From assembly GCA_000708835.1 (NCBI GenBank), contig DF237613.1:1-45653 (forward strand): 45,653 nt of DNA, in the 5' to 3' direction. The notes under the pieces were generated by a model. The model ran no database searches and had not been told where the DNA came from. It was given only the letters and a program-made list of their open reading frames with translations. Origin of the DNA: Klebsormidium nitens (Eukaryota; Plantae; Klebsormidiophyceae). Positions 22,801-33,400 of this stretch are shown here, one piece after another (position 1 is the first letter of the stretch; each line of letters starts with the position of its first letter). The translations under genes and the position numbers were made by a program.

Positions 22801-25800
22801 CCGGAACTCCGAGAGCGGAATCTCGCGCTCCCCCGCGCCTGCTTCTGCGAATTCCATGCGTTCCGTCGTCGTTGCTCTGGTTTTTGTGAGCTCTTGCTCT
22901 GCAGGTACCTCGGTCTTGGCGCCGAAGGCAGCGGCCGCTCCCGCTCCAACGAGCGTGCCGGCACCAACGCCTGCAATAGCAGATGAGAATGGTGTTCATT
23001 CAAACGGTGGCTCTTAAGAAGGGCGTCTATTCAGAAGAGAAATTCTCAGAACTGAAAGTACCCAACTTTTGACTTCAAGCTCTTGAAACGAGCTGAGCAG
23101 AGATCGAGGCTGAGGGAAGCTGTTCAAAATGTCCTCCAGTCCAATTTTCCAAATACTCGGAACCTTTTCAGTGCAGTAAACGTCCTCTGGTGCTCCAACC
23201 GTGGGCACGAATCTGGCTGCTTAGAAAAGCTTCGAGAAGCAGGGAGACCACCCACTGTACTGATCTATCTCAATCGCCCACTCCTTGATGCCCCGTTCTC
23301 GAGCAAATCTTTTCAGAACTGCAGAACCTGAAGGGGACAGAATCCAAATCCCCCTCTATCCTCTGTGATCCTTGCACTGTGATACGTGTGGACCAGATGA
23401 TCTTGCATTATGATTTGTGTGGATCAGGTGCACGTCCAAGCGCAGACAGAATGTTAGTATGGGCTGAAACCCGACATACCTGCTGCCACAGCCGTGACCG
23501 GTGGTGCGACAACCGCCGCCGCCGCCGCCGCTGCGCCCAGAGCAACCCCCACTCCTGCCCCCTCCGCTGCGCCCACTCCTACTGCTCCCCAAATGTCCGA
23601 CTGCTTATTACTGTACACCTCTTCCGTTTTGATGGCGTCGTTCCCCTCCAGGACCGAAACCGGCGACTTGCTGACATCAGCGAAGCCCCCCTTGGACACA
23701 TGCAACGGCTCCGGCTTGGCGAGACTGGCGCCGAGAGGTGTACCGTCCTCGAAAGCTGCCTGGCGCTGCTCGAAAGGCGTCAACGGGGGGAGGCCCTTCT
23801 CCTCCGCCGCATCACCTGTAAGAGGATCTCTGCTCTCTTCATGAGCCGCGCCTAGTTCCGCCAGCTCGTGTGCTGCCTCTCTCTTCTCCATTCCAGCACC
23901 TTCCGCTGTCCCCCCCAGACCGACGGCTTCTGCCACCCGGCTCAAAGTGCTCTTCGATTCTGCAGAAGTGCTCTCATGCGAGTCGCCAATCTGGTCCATT
24001 TGCGAAGCAGCCGCTCGCTTCTCGCCAGCCCAGCCGTGTTCCTCGCTCTTGGCCCCAAACCCAAGTGCCTCCGTCAACTGATGCAGAGCGCTTTCGTGGG
24101 GGACCTCTGCAGAATCGGTCATCGCAACCTGATCCGTGGGCTCTGCCAAAATCCTGCCACTGGGGGGTCCAAAGAGACTGCTGCCAGAACCCCCCGAGAT
24201 GCTCTGTCCCTGATGAATGGGGTACTCAGCAATGCGGTCGAGACTGGCCCGGGGGCTGGCCCCACTGGTTGCCGAGGCAAGAGAGTCGGAGGTAGTCAGG
24301 CGGCCAATGGCTACGCCACCCCCCCCTTGGGATACAGCAGGGCGTGCGTTGTGGAGGGCGATATCAGAGGTCTGCAAAAAGAGAAGGTGACATCGTACTA
24401 ATTATGGAATGCAAGCTGACACTGAATACAAAGAAGACTGCGGGTAATTGCTTATTAGGGACTTTTGCCCGGATCTTTGGCATCCTAGCATAAAGCAAGA
24501 ACCGTCTATGACAGGTTTAGTGAACAAAGCTCCAACCCAGGAACAAGAGGCATAATTGATTGGAAAGGAGTCCACTGTCCCCTTTGAGCGGAAAACCAGA
24601 TTGTTAAAGATTTCTAAAACTCCTGCTCGTGGTGCACCAGCAAACAGTAACATGCAAGTCTTTCGATTCCTACCAAAGTAGGAGGCCATCTCGCCTTTTT
24701 TCAATCCTGGACATTGCTTTCAGCTGGCGGTTTTGCTTTTTCAATTGCACAAAAAAGGACGCTGGTAGCTAGGCCCGTGCATGTATGCCGGTTGAACCAC
24801 TTGAAACAGTACAGTTCTAACCAAAGTTCCAGATTGATTGAGCAACTTTGGGCAATTGTGGGATCCTGGAGAACAACTGGTGACATCCAACTCAGCAGTT
24901 TGCAACTCCTGCAGTGCAATACTTACCCTTGGCTCGTCCTTCTCTAGCTCAGAACTGAACCGCCCCTCCACAGCTCCATCCTGCGCCTGGCCTGCACAAA
25001 GAAAAAATCCATATCAGGTATAAGTAGTCTTCAGGCAAGCTTCTTTACAAGCAACTGTTCTAGATGGCACTCTTTCAACTGAAGCACTGAAAGTATTTCA
25101 ACTGAAGCACTGAAAGTATGACGACATCAGAGTGATTCAAATCTTCATACATTCTGAAAATATGATCAGACAAGACAAAGTTCACAAATGACCGGCAAGA
25201 ATGTCAGCCTGTGCTGGCATGTGCAGCCTCAGTCTTGCATTTGGGATGGAATTGCACTGCGATCTTAGGATTAGACTTCATACGAACCAAATACCCCAGG
25301 AGTCCAGGCTCACCCGGAAAAGATATGTCAAACTCCTGCCTGTACTGTTCAAGTGACATGCTTCCTGGCTCTGTCATACTCCCAGGCTTGACCGACGCTC
25401 CCGACATGTGTGATGCATTTGAGTCCGTTGTCAACAAAGAGTCCACGCTTTTCTGGCCTAAGATGCTCGGCGCTGACTGGTCACTGGCCCGGCGCGTATT
25501 TCCGCCCTCTCTAGTTGCCATCTCATCAGGGTCCTGCTGGAGACTGCTGTAGTAACCGCTGCCAAGACGCTGGTCTAGCGCAGCATGGGGGACTCCCGCA
25601 GAATACACTTGGGACGGGATCTCAGAGTCGGCTTCGTGAAAGCGTAGAGCTTCTGAGTTCTGAGCGGTGGGACTGCGGGGGGGGGTAGCCGAAGGACTGC
25701 GGCTGCGAATGTAGTCGTCCAACTGATCCCCTGCACGCTTTCCTGGCGCAATGACCTGCAATCAGCGAGACAGAAGAAGCTGAAGATGTTCTCAAGCTCT

Positions 25801-26472
25801 TTGCATGCATGCCATTGAAGTGGTACTGCTTCAATATTCAGGGGAGAATGGAGCTTGGCATTGGTATTCTGGCAAGCAACATACGAACCCCTGCTTAGCT
25901 CCATTGCTGACAGTACATTGTGAAACTAATATTGAATAAAAACCATCTCTCAACTTCTTAAATTTAGGAGAGTGATGTCTTGATTCAGAGGTGCTGAAAT
26001 CAAACCGGAGTGCCTTGATACCCTTGTTAGAATGGTGTGCTTCGCAAAGAGCTGAATGGGAGCGACAAACTTCGTGTGAAACTAGGAAACAGAATGAGCA
26101 TGGAGCACAAACCTGGAAACCCTTGAGACTGGTGCGCTGCTCCGGTGTGAACCTATGCTCTCTAGTCTACAACACAAGAAAGGAAACAAGTCACGTCATG
26201 CCTCAGAACTTTGTAGAGCAGGTGAGCTTTCAAGCCGGGCTTACTGGCTACAAGGGACTGGTTACGATGCCAATGATACCATCATTCATGAGGAAAACCT
26301 TACATCAACATAGAAGACCTCTTGAAGACCACTCCATAGAATGCAGGGAGCAGGGGACCACTTCTTCGCACTTTTTGGCCGTTGCAGGGGAACTCACATG
26401 CAGAGACGCTGTCGGCGAACTCTCGTCTTTCAGCAGGGTGCTCTCTCCCGGCTGGGACTCTGGGACATCCAT
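13894..26472 (-). CDS. Synaptotagmin-like TM-SMP-C2 protein (CLB1/SYT7- or SYT4/5-like) with long N-terminal extension (~1286 aa, 17 exons)
   Basis: Phase-consistent exons: 26472-26398, 25755-25314, 24991-24927, 24371-23480, 22970-22416, 21917-21741, 21394-21051, 20453-20367, 19746-19645, 19143-18972, 18427-18300, 17169-16990, 16504-16315, 15748-15657, 15089-14979, 14681-14602, 14062-13894. SMP: VSFPEFEKVGWLNKSLERMWPYI, LTLGDVAP, IPGLDGMID. C2: TGVLTVTIIEATGL..GKSDPF, NDLEPVWNETF. The core (13894-21179) is solid; linkage of the upstream exons is inferred. Confidence 0.85.
15518..15610. repeat. 48-bp intronic tandem duplication
   Basis: AGCGCATAGTGGCGCATTCA(C/A)AGGAGGCGGGT at 15518 and 15566. 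Confidence 0.9.
16470..16945 (-). repeat. Acceptor echoes of the synaptotagmin STIKTAVVDML exon
   Basis: Exon-start copies at 16504 (true), 16671, 16827 and 16939 share AAACCGCGRTT..GGACA.GCTGC; flanking CCCAGCGTCCATGCTCCTAA is also repeated. Confidence 0.9.
17110..17790 (-). repeat. Acceptor echoes of the synaptotagmin VRDVDVV exon
   Basis: GTGAG(A/T)GACGTGGA copies at 17169 (true), 17329, 17509 and 17774 (the last with a 1-nt insertion). Confidence 0.88.
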
Positions 26473-27177
26473 TCCTGGCTGAGGTCTCCTGCTTCAGCTC
26501 AGATCGTCGGGAAGCAAATCATCATCATGTGCATGCCCGAAGTCCTCGCTGGATGAGTGAGATTTTGGCCCTGCTTCTTCTCCGCAAGGTTGACGGGCCC
26601 GGTCAGCTTGATTGGTCGCATACGAGCCCAATTTTTTGTGACAGCTTATGAAGCCGACGCTCCTCGTATAGACAAAAGCGTCGAACGTTTGACCACTCAA
26701 AGGGCCAGTACGCCGACGCGAGAAATGTTTTCGCATCATCGTATCCTGAGTGCTTATGAAGCAACTGCGCTTGAGGCCGCCACTTGGCACCACGGAGTCT
26801 GCCAGGAGGCCGATTGAGAAGACGACACGTGGCTGGGGGGACCGCCTCACCACAATCACAGGCAGAATGCTGCTTCACCATTTACCGCATTTTGAACAAG
26901 AGAGGACCGAAGACAAGAATTGCAGGCTGGAGTGCACAAGCCAGCTAGGTGACTCATCTATCATGGCGTCACTCTAGGGAGCCATCGAAGGTTGAAGCAA
27001 CAACCATCAGCAGAGGAGCTGTCCGGTTTCTTGCTTTGCAGGCACGCTTGCAAATTCTGGCATCCTCCAAACCATAAAGGGGCCTCTGAAATGCTGCATT
27101 GGGTCCGTTTGCTAGTTGCTTTGGCGTCAACACTTACGAACACCAATCACCGTACCTTCAGTTAGAATATACCAGCC
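26473..27177. promoter_or_regulatory. Probable shared/divergent promoter region (synaptotagmin <- -> PLAC8)
   Basis: Head-to-head ATGs about 700 bp apart. Positional inference only. Confidence 0.35.
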
Positions 27178-29371
27178 ATGCAGGCAGATCCGGAAAGCGA
27201 CCTCACCCCCGAGCAGAGGGGCCCGAGCAGCACGCTCGACAAGCTAGCTGCTGAAAAGGAGGAGACAACCGGCGCGCCCTCGCACCCCCTCCCAATCGAT
27301 GACGATGAGCCGCCACTACAGCAGACAATGAGCAGGGCCGATAAGAACGTGGCCGAAGCCCCCGCCGCAGATGAAGAGGGCCGGCGGCCTATGCCGAAAA
27401 AGAGCGACCATGTAGCATACGTGGAGAAGGAGCTCAAGGATTGGCATACCAAGTGGTGGGAGGTGTGGAAGGACCCTGTGACGACGGCTTATGGATGCTG
27501 CCTGCCGTGCTCGCTGGCAGGGCAGAATGTGAACAGGGTCTCTGATGGGGCGCAAGGTGAGGGGGTGACAAGGAGCTGCTGAACCGCCAGTGAAGGGCTG
27601 CTTTCGAGACTCCTGCCATTGTTGCTTCCAGGAAGGTGGTTGTGAACTTCAGTCAGGGTCTCTAACACTGAACTCACCTCTTGACACTGGGAACGAGGGA
27701 GGTCTGCATGCATGTGGGGTTCATAATCTGTTGAGGCTGTTTCTGGCTGAATCTGCAGTGTGAAGGTGCTATTGTGTTTTTGATCTTGTGACAATCAAGG
27801 ATTACCTGTTCTGCGTACGTTTCAATCATCAAGACCATGGGGTCTGGCAATCAAAATGAGATCAGGGATACTTTATGAGAACCAGAAAGCGCTTGCTGTG
27901 GACCAGGTACTGCAGCAATCTTAACAATTATCAGTCACCTCATATACATAGGTTTTGAGTGGACAGAATGCAGTCAGTGCTCCCAGAATTCTGGAGTTCC
28001 TTGGTGGACTTTGCTGGATGTCTCACCAGAAAAGAACGCAAACAGTTACTACTAGTCCGTTGTCATCCACGTGAGCCTGACGCAGGATTACCTGTGCAGG
28101 TTTCTGGATGACCATCTGTTCTCACCCAAGTAAGGCTGGCCTAGAAATGTAGGGAGATTTGACCGTGCAAATGTTTGTAATACCTACTGTAAGGCTGTCC
28201 TCATAACATATGCTCGAACAATCTTGTGCAGGTTTCTGGAAGCCGTTCATCATTGAGTGCCTGCTGTTGGGGCCTGTGTTTGGCTGGTGCTACACGTACA
28301 AGTGGCGGCGGCAGTTGCGGGAACAGAATGAGCTGAAGGCGGCCCCATTCGGCGATTGCCTCACTGCCTTCTTGTGCCGTAAGTCGCAGTGATCTGTTTC
28401 ACGCGCTGTGTCCCAAACAAAGTGTCTGAATTTTCTGGTGTAGACTTTTTTTTGTCGAAATTGGGGTTCCTCACGCACGTGCAACAACCATCTGAACGGC
28501 CTGAATCATTTTGTAGGCTTTTTGAGGCAATGGATCCAGAGGAAATGTGATACTAGACGCTCCAGAAGAGGCCTAGACGGGCTAAAAATTTCTACTTATG
28601 TTTGGGAGAGAGACAGTGAACCGAACTTGAATCTTTGTCAGTCAATCATGTGTGAAAGTTTGATATGATGGTAGTGAAAAGAGTATGGTGGCCTTCAGAG
28701 CGCAACTAAAGTCAACGGACTGCATATCTTCTTGGACCGACCATAAATGTTTCTAGCAAGTTGATTGATTGGCATTTGAGGGGATTGAGGTTGTGTGTGG
28801 TGCCGTGCTCCTCAAGCTGCTGACAGTGTTGGAATGCAATCCATTGGGGTAAGGCAGGTAGGGATCTTGGAAACCATCTTGGAAACCATCTGCTCCTGCA
28901 AGATTGTGCGCTCCCGCCAACCTTCTAAGTTCCATTCGAGAATATACCACAATGAAGACCGTCTCATGATATAGTTCCCTTCTTTGTGCAGATCAATGTG
29001 CCCTTTGCCAAGAACAGAGGTGAGATAACGTCACTGCCATGGTTATCAATGTTAAACGTTAGGGACTGGTTAAGAATCAAGACGACTGTGATTGTCCTGT
29101 CTGTACACCATCTCCCATCAAAGTACTCTGTCTGATTGGTTTCCTGCTAGTTTCCTGGTAGATTAGGCTTTGCTTGGTCACGGAGTGGTGCCCGGCTTCT
29201 CTTGATGCAAAGTAGCATCTTGTATTCCGGGAGTGTCGTCGTTTTGCAGTTGAAATTAAGTACTTACTTAGCCTGCGACATGTTTGCAGGGAGATCAAAG
29301 CCACAGAGTCAGGCGCAATTCAAGGCCCAACGAAACCGACCATTGACAGAGGTCCATCAGGCAAACTATAG
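27178..29371 (+). CDS. PLAC8 / cysteine-rich (PCR/CNR-like) membrane protein
   Basis: Exons 27178-27556, 28232-28378, 28992-29019, 29290-29371, phase-consistent. Motifs: GCCLPCSLAGQN, WRRQLREQ.EL..PFGDCL.AFLCHQCALCQEQREIK. Confidence 0.88.
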
Positions 29372-30418
29372 ACTGCGCACTTCAGACGTACAGGACCGTC
29401 TCTTCTTTGTTCATCACACGTGGTTGAAGTTGCGAGCTAAGAAGTACGGTACAGTGACCCTTACATACCGCGTTTCAACAAGATAAGCAGGTCATGAGTT
29501 TACCGCCATATTTTGATGTAAGTTTGTACATTCTACTCGAACTAGCTAAAAACAGGAGAGCTAGACAAGGCTCCCCCCCTCTTTGACGGTGTCGACTTCA
29601 AGCGAAGCCATGCAGGGCCCAGGCCGTTGGTCTCGATCTGGCCATCTAGCTGCACATATGTACGTGAGGCGCATGACATATTTGGGGTTCCCATTTTGCC
29701 GGCTCGACCATGAGCCTGGCTAGTGTCAGATCTGCAGGCAAATGGCGCATGCAGGTCTGCAAATAGATTTATAGAGCTGTGCAAACCGTCGAAAAGTTGC
29801 TATATGTACGTGTGGTCATGATACTTGTCATATACATGCGCATGTTCGTCATAGTACTGACCGTCGATCACGGTAATCGAATCGATGGCCACGAGAATGG
29901 TCGCTGGTAAACCATGAATAACCATCGCGACATGCTTCGAAACCATCAATCTTTCGATTGGTCGAGAAAGCTATAGCCTGACTATAAGTCGACCTACACT
30001 GAGTCGTCAACAAAAAAATAAGTATGTTGATTTGTTTTTGCACGACGAAGTGTGCACAAATACAGATTCTCGCGTCTGTAATATATATGAGGACTGGAAC
30101 ACGCTGAACACTGACAGCTCGGGCAAACTTAATTTATGATTGCTGCAGAATCAATCGCCGCAGCCCATGACCAGATGCATATATATGCAACGTTTACTCT
30201 GATTGCTTGGATTCAAGGACATGCAGCGCAAAGACGCGACACTGTGTGTGAAAAATACGCTCGACAGGCCCCTGGTTTGCCGAAGTGCCAAAACTTCAAT
30301 GCGAGCATAGGTTTTGTCCACGAGAAAAGTCGACCTGGCAGCTTTGGACTTGCAGGATAGCGACCAAGACAACTGATCATGAGATTCGTTTTTTAAGCCG
30401 CTCCAACCTTTCCACTCT

Positions 30419-33400
30419 CTATAGAGCGGCCCCAAATAGGCCGCTGCCGCCTGCAGGCTGCCGCTTCTCCCGCTGCCGCTGCTCCTCAAGGGGGTCGGGG
30501 CTTCGGAGCATGCGGCGCCTCCTGCAGATATAGTAACGATAGTTGCTTTCAGATCCATCCTGTTCAGAGGTTTCGTCAAACAGTTGGTCTTTTCCAGTCC
30601 GTCCTTCTGCTGGTGACGAGCCGTCTTTCTGGAAGGCACCTACATTTGCGAACACCCCAATCCGTCCAATCACAAAGTCACAAAGCGGAATCCCCGTTAT
30701 CAACGCACATATCACGACCCGATCTCATCAGAGGAGACTCCGTTTTAGATGTTGATGATCAGCAATACCTTCAAAGAGTCCTGTCAATTCGGCATTGTAA
30801 GACCCATATCGAAGACCAGAGTAATCTTAAACAAATCATGCAGGTCCCGGAAATACACCGCTGCTTGTTTAATGGTGATACCCGGCCATCCAGCATTTGC
30901 AGCACCAGAAGTGGTGCGATGCGCACCTGTCGTGGTCCGTCCTCGCGGGGAAGGTGGGCATCAGCTCCTTGTCCTTTGGCAGCGGCACCTCCTTGAACCA
31001 CTCGTGCTTCAGCGCCTGTTCCGCCGTGATCCGCTGCAGACACGGGAGCGGAACGGGTTACAACACAAGATAAGTCCAGCTTATAATGTAGCAGAGACAA
31101 GGAATCCATACACCTGGACAACGGCAGTGTGGCATTCTGCATGCCTCTAACACAAACTGAGGTCGAGGAGACAGCAAGACAGAATATGCACAATGAGCCA
31201 GACGTCTTTCCAGGCGAACACGGAACTCAAGAAAGACCCCAACGATCAAGACGGAAAACGAAGGGTCGTCTTACGGTATGCTTAAAGAGGGCGTCGGACC
31301 AGACAGCGCAACCTCGGTTGCCGCTGGCAGTTTTCAAGATGGAATGTGCGCCGTGCCATGAAATGTTCCCTCAGGACTCAGATGCACGAGTGTACCTTGA
31401 AATCTGACGCCCTTTTTAAGCACGGAGCAACGGCCAAACTAAAGTCGTCCGCATTCTGGCCACGACGAACATACCTGGACGTCAATCTAAGCAGCCAGAA
31501 GCCGAACACAAAAGCGTCCAGGAGCGTTCGTCGGCTCACCTTGGCGGGGTCGTACGTCAGCAGCTTGTTGAGCAGGTCGAAGCCGGCCTCCGAGAGCGTC
31601 GGCTTGTTGGTGAAGGACGAGGGGGGGAACTTCTCGCGCAGCTTGTTGTACCTGTACGCAGGGGAGCTGAGTCTGTTCTTCCGGACAAGCTGGAGCAGAA
31701 TCTGCTGTTTCTGACAAGCTGGCAACCGCGCATAGGGTCAATGCACAAGACTCCTCGGCAACTGCTCGGGAACAGTCCTCGAGCTTGATTGGACAGATTT
31801 GACAAAGGTGCGTTTGCCCACCGTTTGTAGTTCTTGCAAGGCGAAACCAAGAGGAATGTGCAACCCATTGGAAGCGTTCGCTACTGCGGTGAAGCGGAGG
31901 GCTCGAGACTCACGGCTGCTTCACGAAGCGCACGTTCTTGACGTTCGGCAGGTTTTCGAAGTCGGGCCATATCTGGGCGCTCGGTGTGCCCAGGAGCTTG
32001 AAGATCTGCGGACGTGAGGGACGGGTCTGGTTAGCCACAGCTTCTCATAAGTTGGAAGGACGCTCGGGACCGTTGGTTTCCGTCTCGAGCGACAACTGCG
32101 CAGGTCTCCAACCTCTCAACTGTTGACCACGAAAACACACGCACGAGTTTGCTCCGCCTGAAATCTCTGTTAGGTATGTACTTAGATTCATTTCGGGCCA
32201 ACACATCCGCTCAGAGCACTGCACATGCATCTCCAATCTGACTCTCGACGCCAATAATTACAGCATCCTCGTCCAACGTTTTGTTCCAAAAGGGACGACA
32301 AGAGGACCTCAGCAAAGAAGTCGACACTGATCCTAATCTCAGCCGAACCTTCAAGCAAAGGGAACACGACTTGCCAGAAGTTTGACAAACCTGTGGTCGC
32401 AATAGGCTAGTAAAAAACCACACCCCCAACCGTAACCGTTTGACAAATCCGAAGCGATTTTCTCGACTCACTTCCGGCCCGCCACACTATAGAGATTCAT
32501 GCAAGAAGAACCGTTTCAAGAATGCCTTAGAAAGCCCTGAAACGAGCCAGCCAACAACATGAGGAAAACAGGACAACTCACCCTATCGATCTGGTCGATC
32601 TCGGACTTGCCGGGGAAGAGGGGCTCCTTGGACAGCAACTCCGCCATGATGCAGCCCAGCGACCACATGTCGATGGCCGTCGAGTACAGCTTGGAGCCCA
32701 GCAGCAGCTCGGGGGCCCTGTAACACGGAAGGGCACCGAGATTTGAGGGACTTGCTGAGTGGAAGATGGAAATGCAAGGCCTCAAGGGGACGGCAAATAT
32801 GCTTTCAAACAAGCGGTCCGCTCCTTTGAGAATACGTTGTGATGTGCTTGAGACCTGACACGCGCAGGTGGTGCTGATAGGCCCTCACATGAATCCACTT
32901 CTTGAGAGCCCGAAAGTTCGCAAAAAGCTTTGCAACTGTCATGATCATTCGCTCATCGAAAGCCTGAAACTTTCCACAAAAAGCTGTGCAACTCGACATT
33001 ATTATGCAAAGCTTACCTCCCGAGCACTTCCGCAAACAATCGAAAGGACCTATACCGACAAACACCGTGCTGCAAAATCGGACAAGGTAAGCCATTGGGT
33101 TACCTAACCTGTGCCGCAAAACACAGACCTAGAACCGCTATCAGCTGCTTACCTGTACCAGAGCGTGACGACCATGTGCGTGTACGCCTTGAGCGGGCTG
33201 CCGTACTGGCGCGCGAGGCCAAAGTCGCAGATCTTGAGATCGCCCTTGTTGTTCAGCAGCAGGTTCGAGGTCTTTAGATCACGGTGCAGGACCCAGTTCT
33301 CGTGCAGGTACTTGGTTCCCTCGAACAGCTGCAGCATGAGGCACTTGACCTCGCTCGCGGTGAACGGCTGCTTCTGACTCTCGGAAAGCGACTTGAGGTC

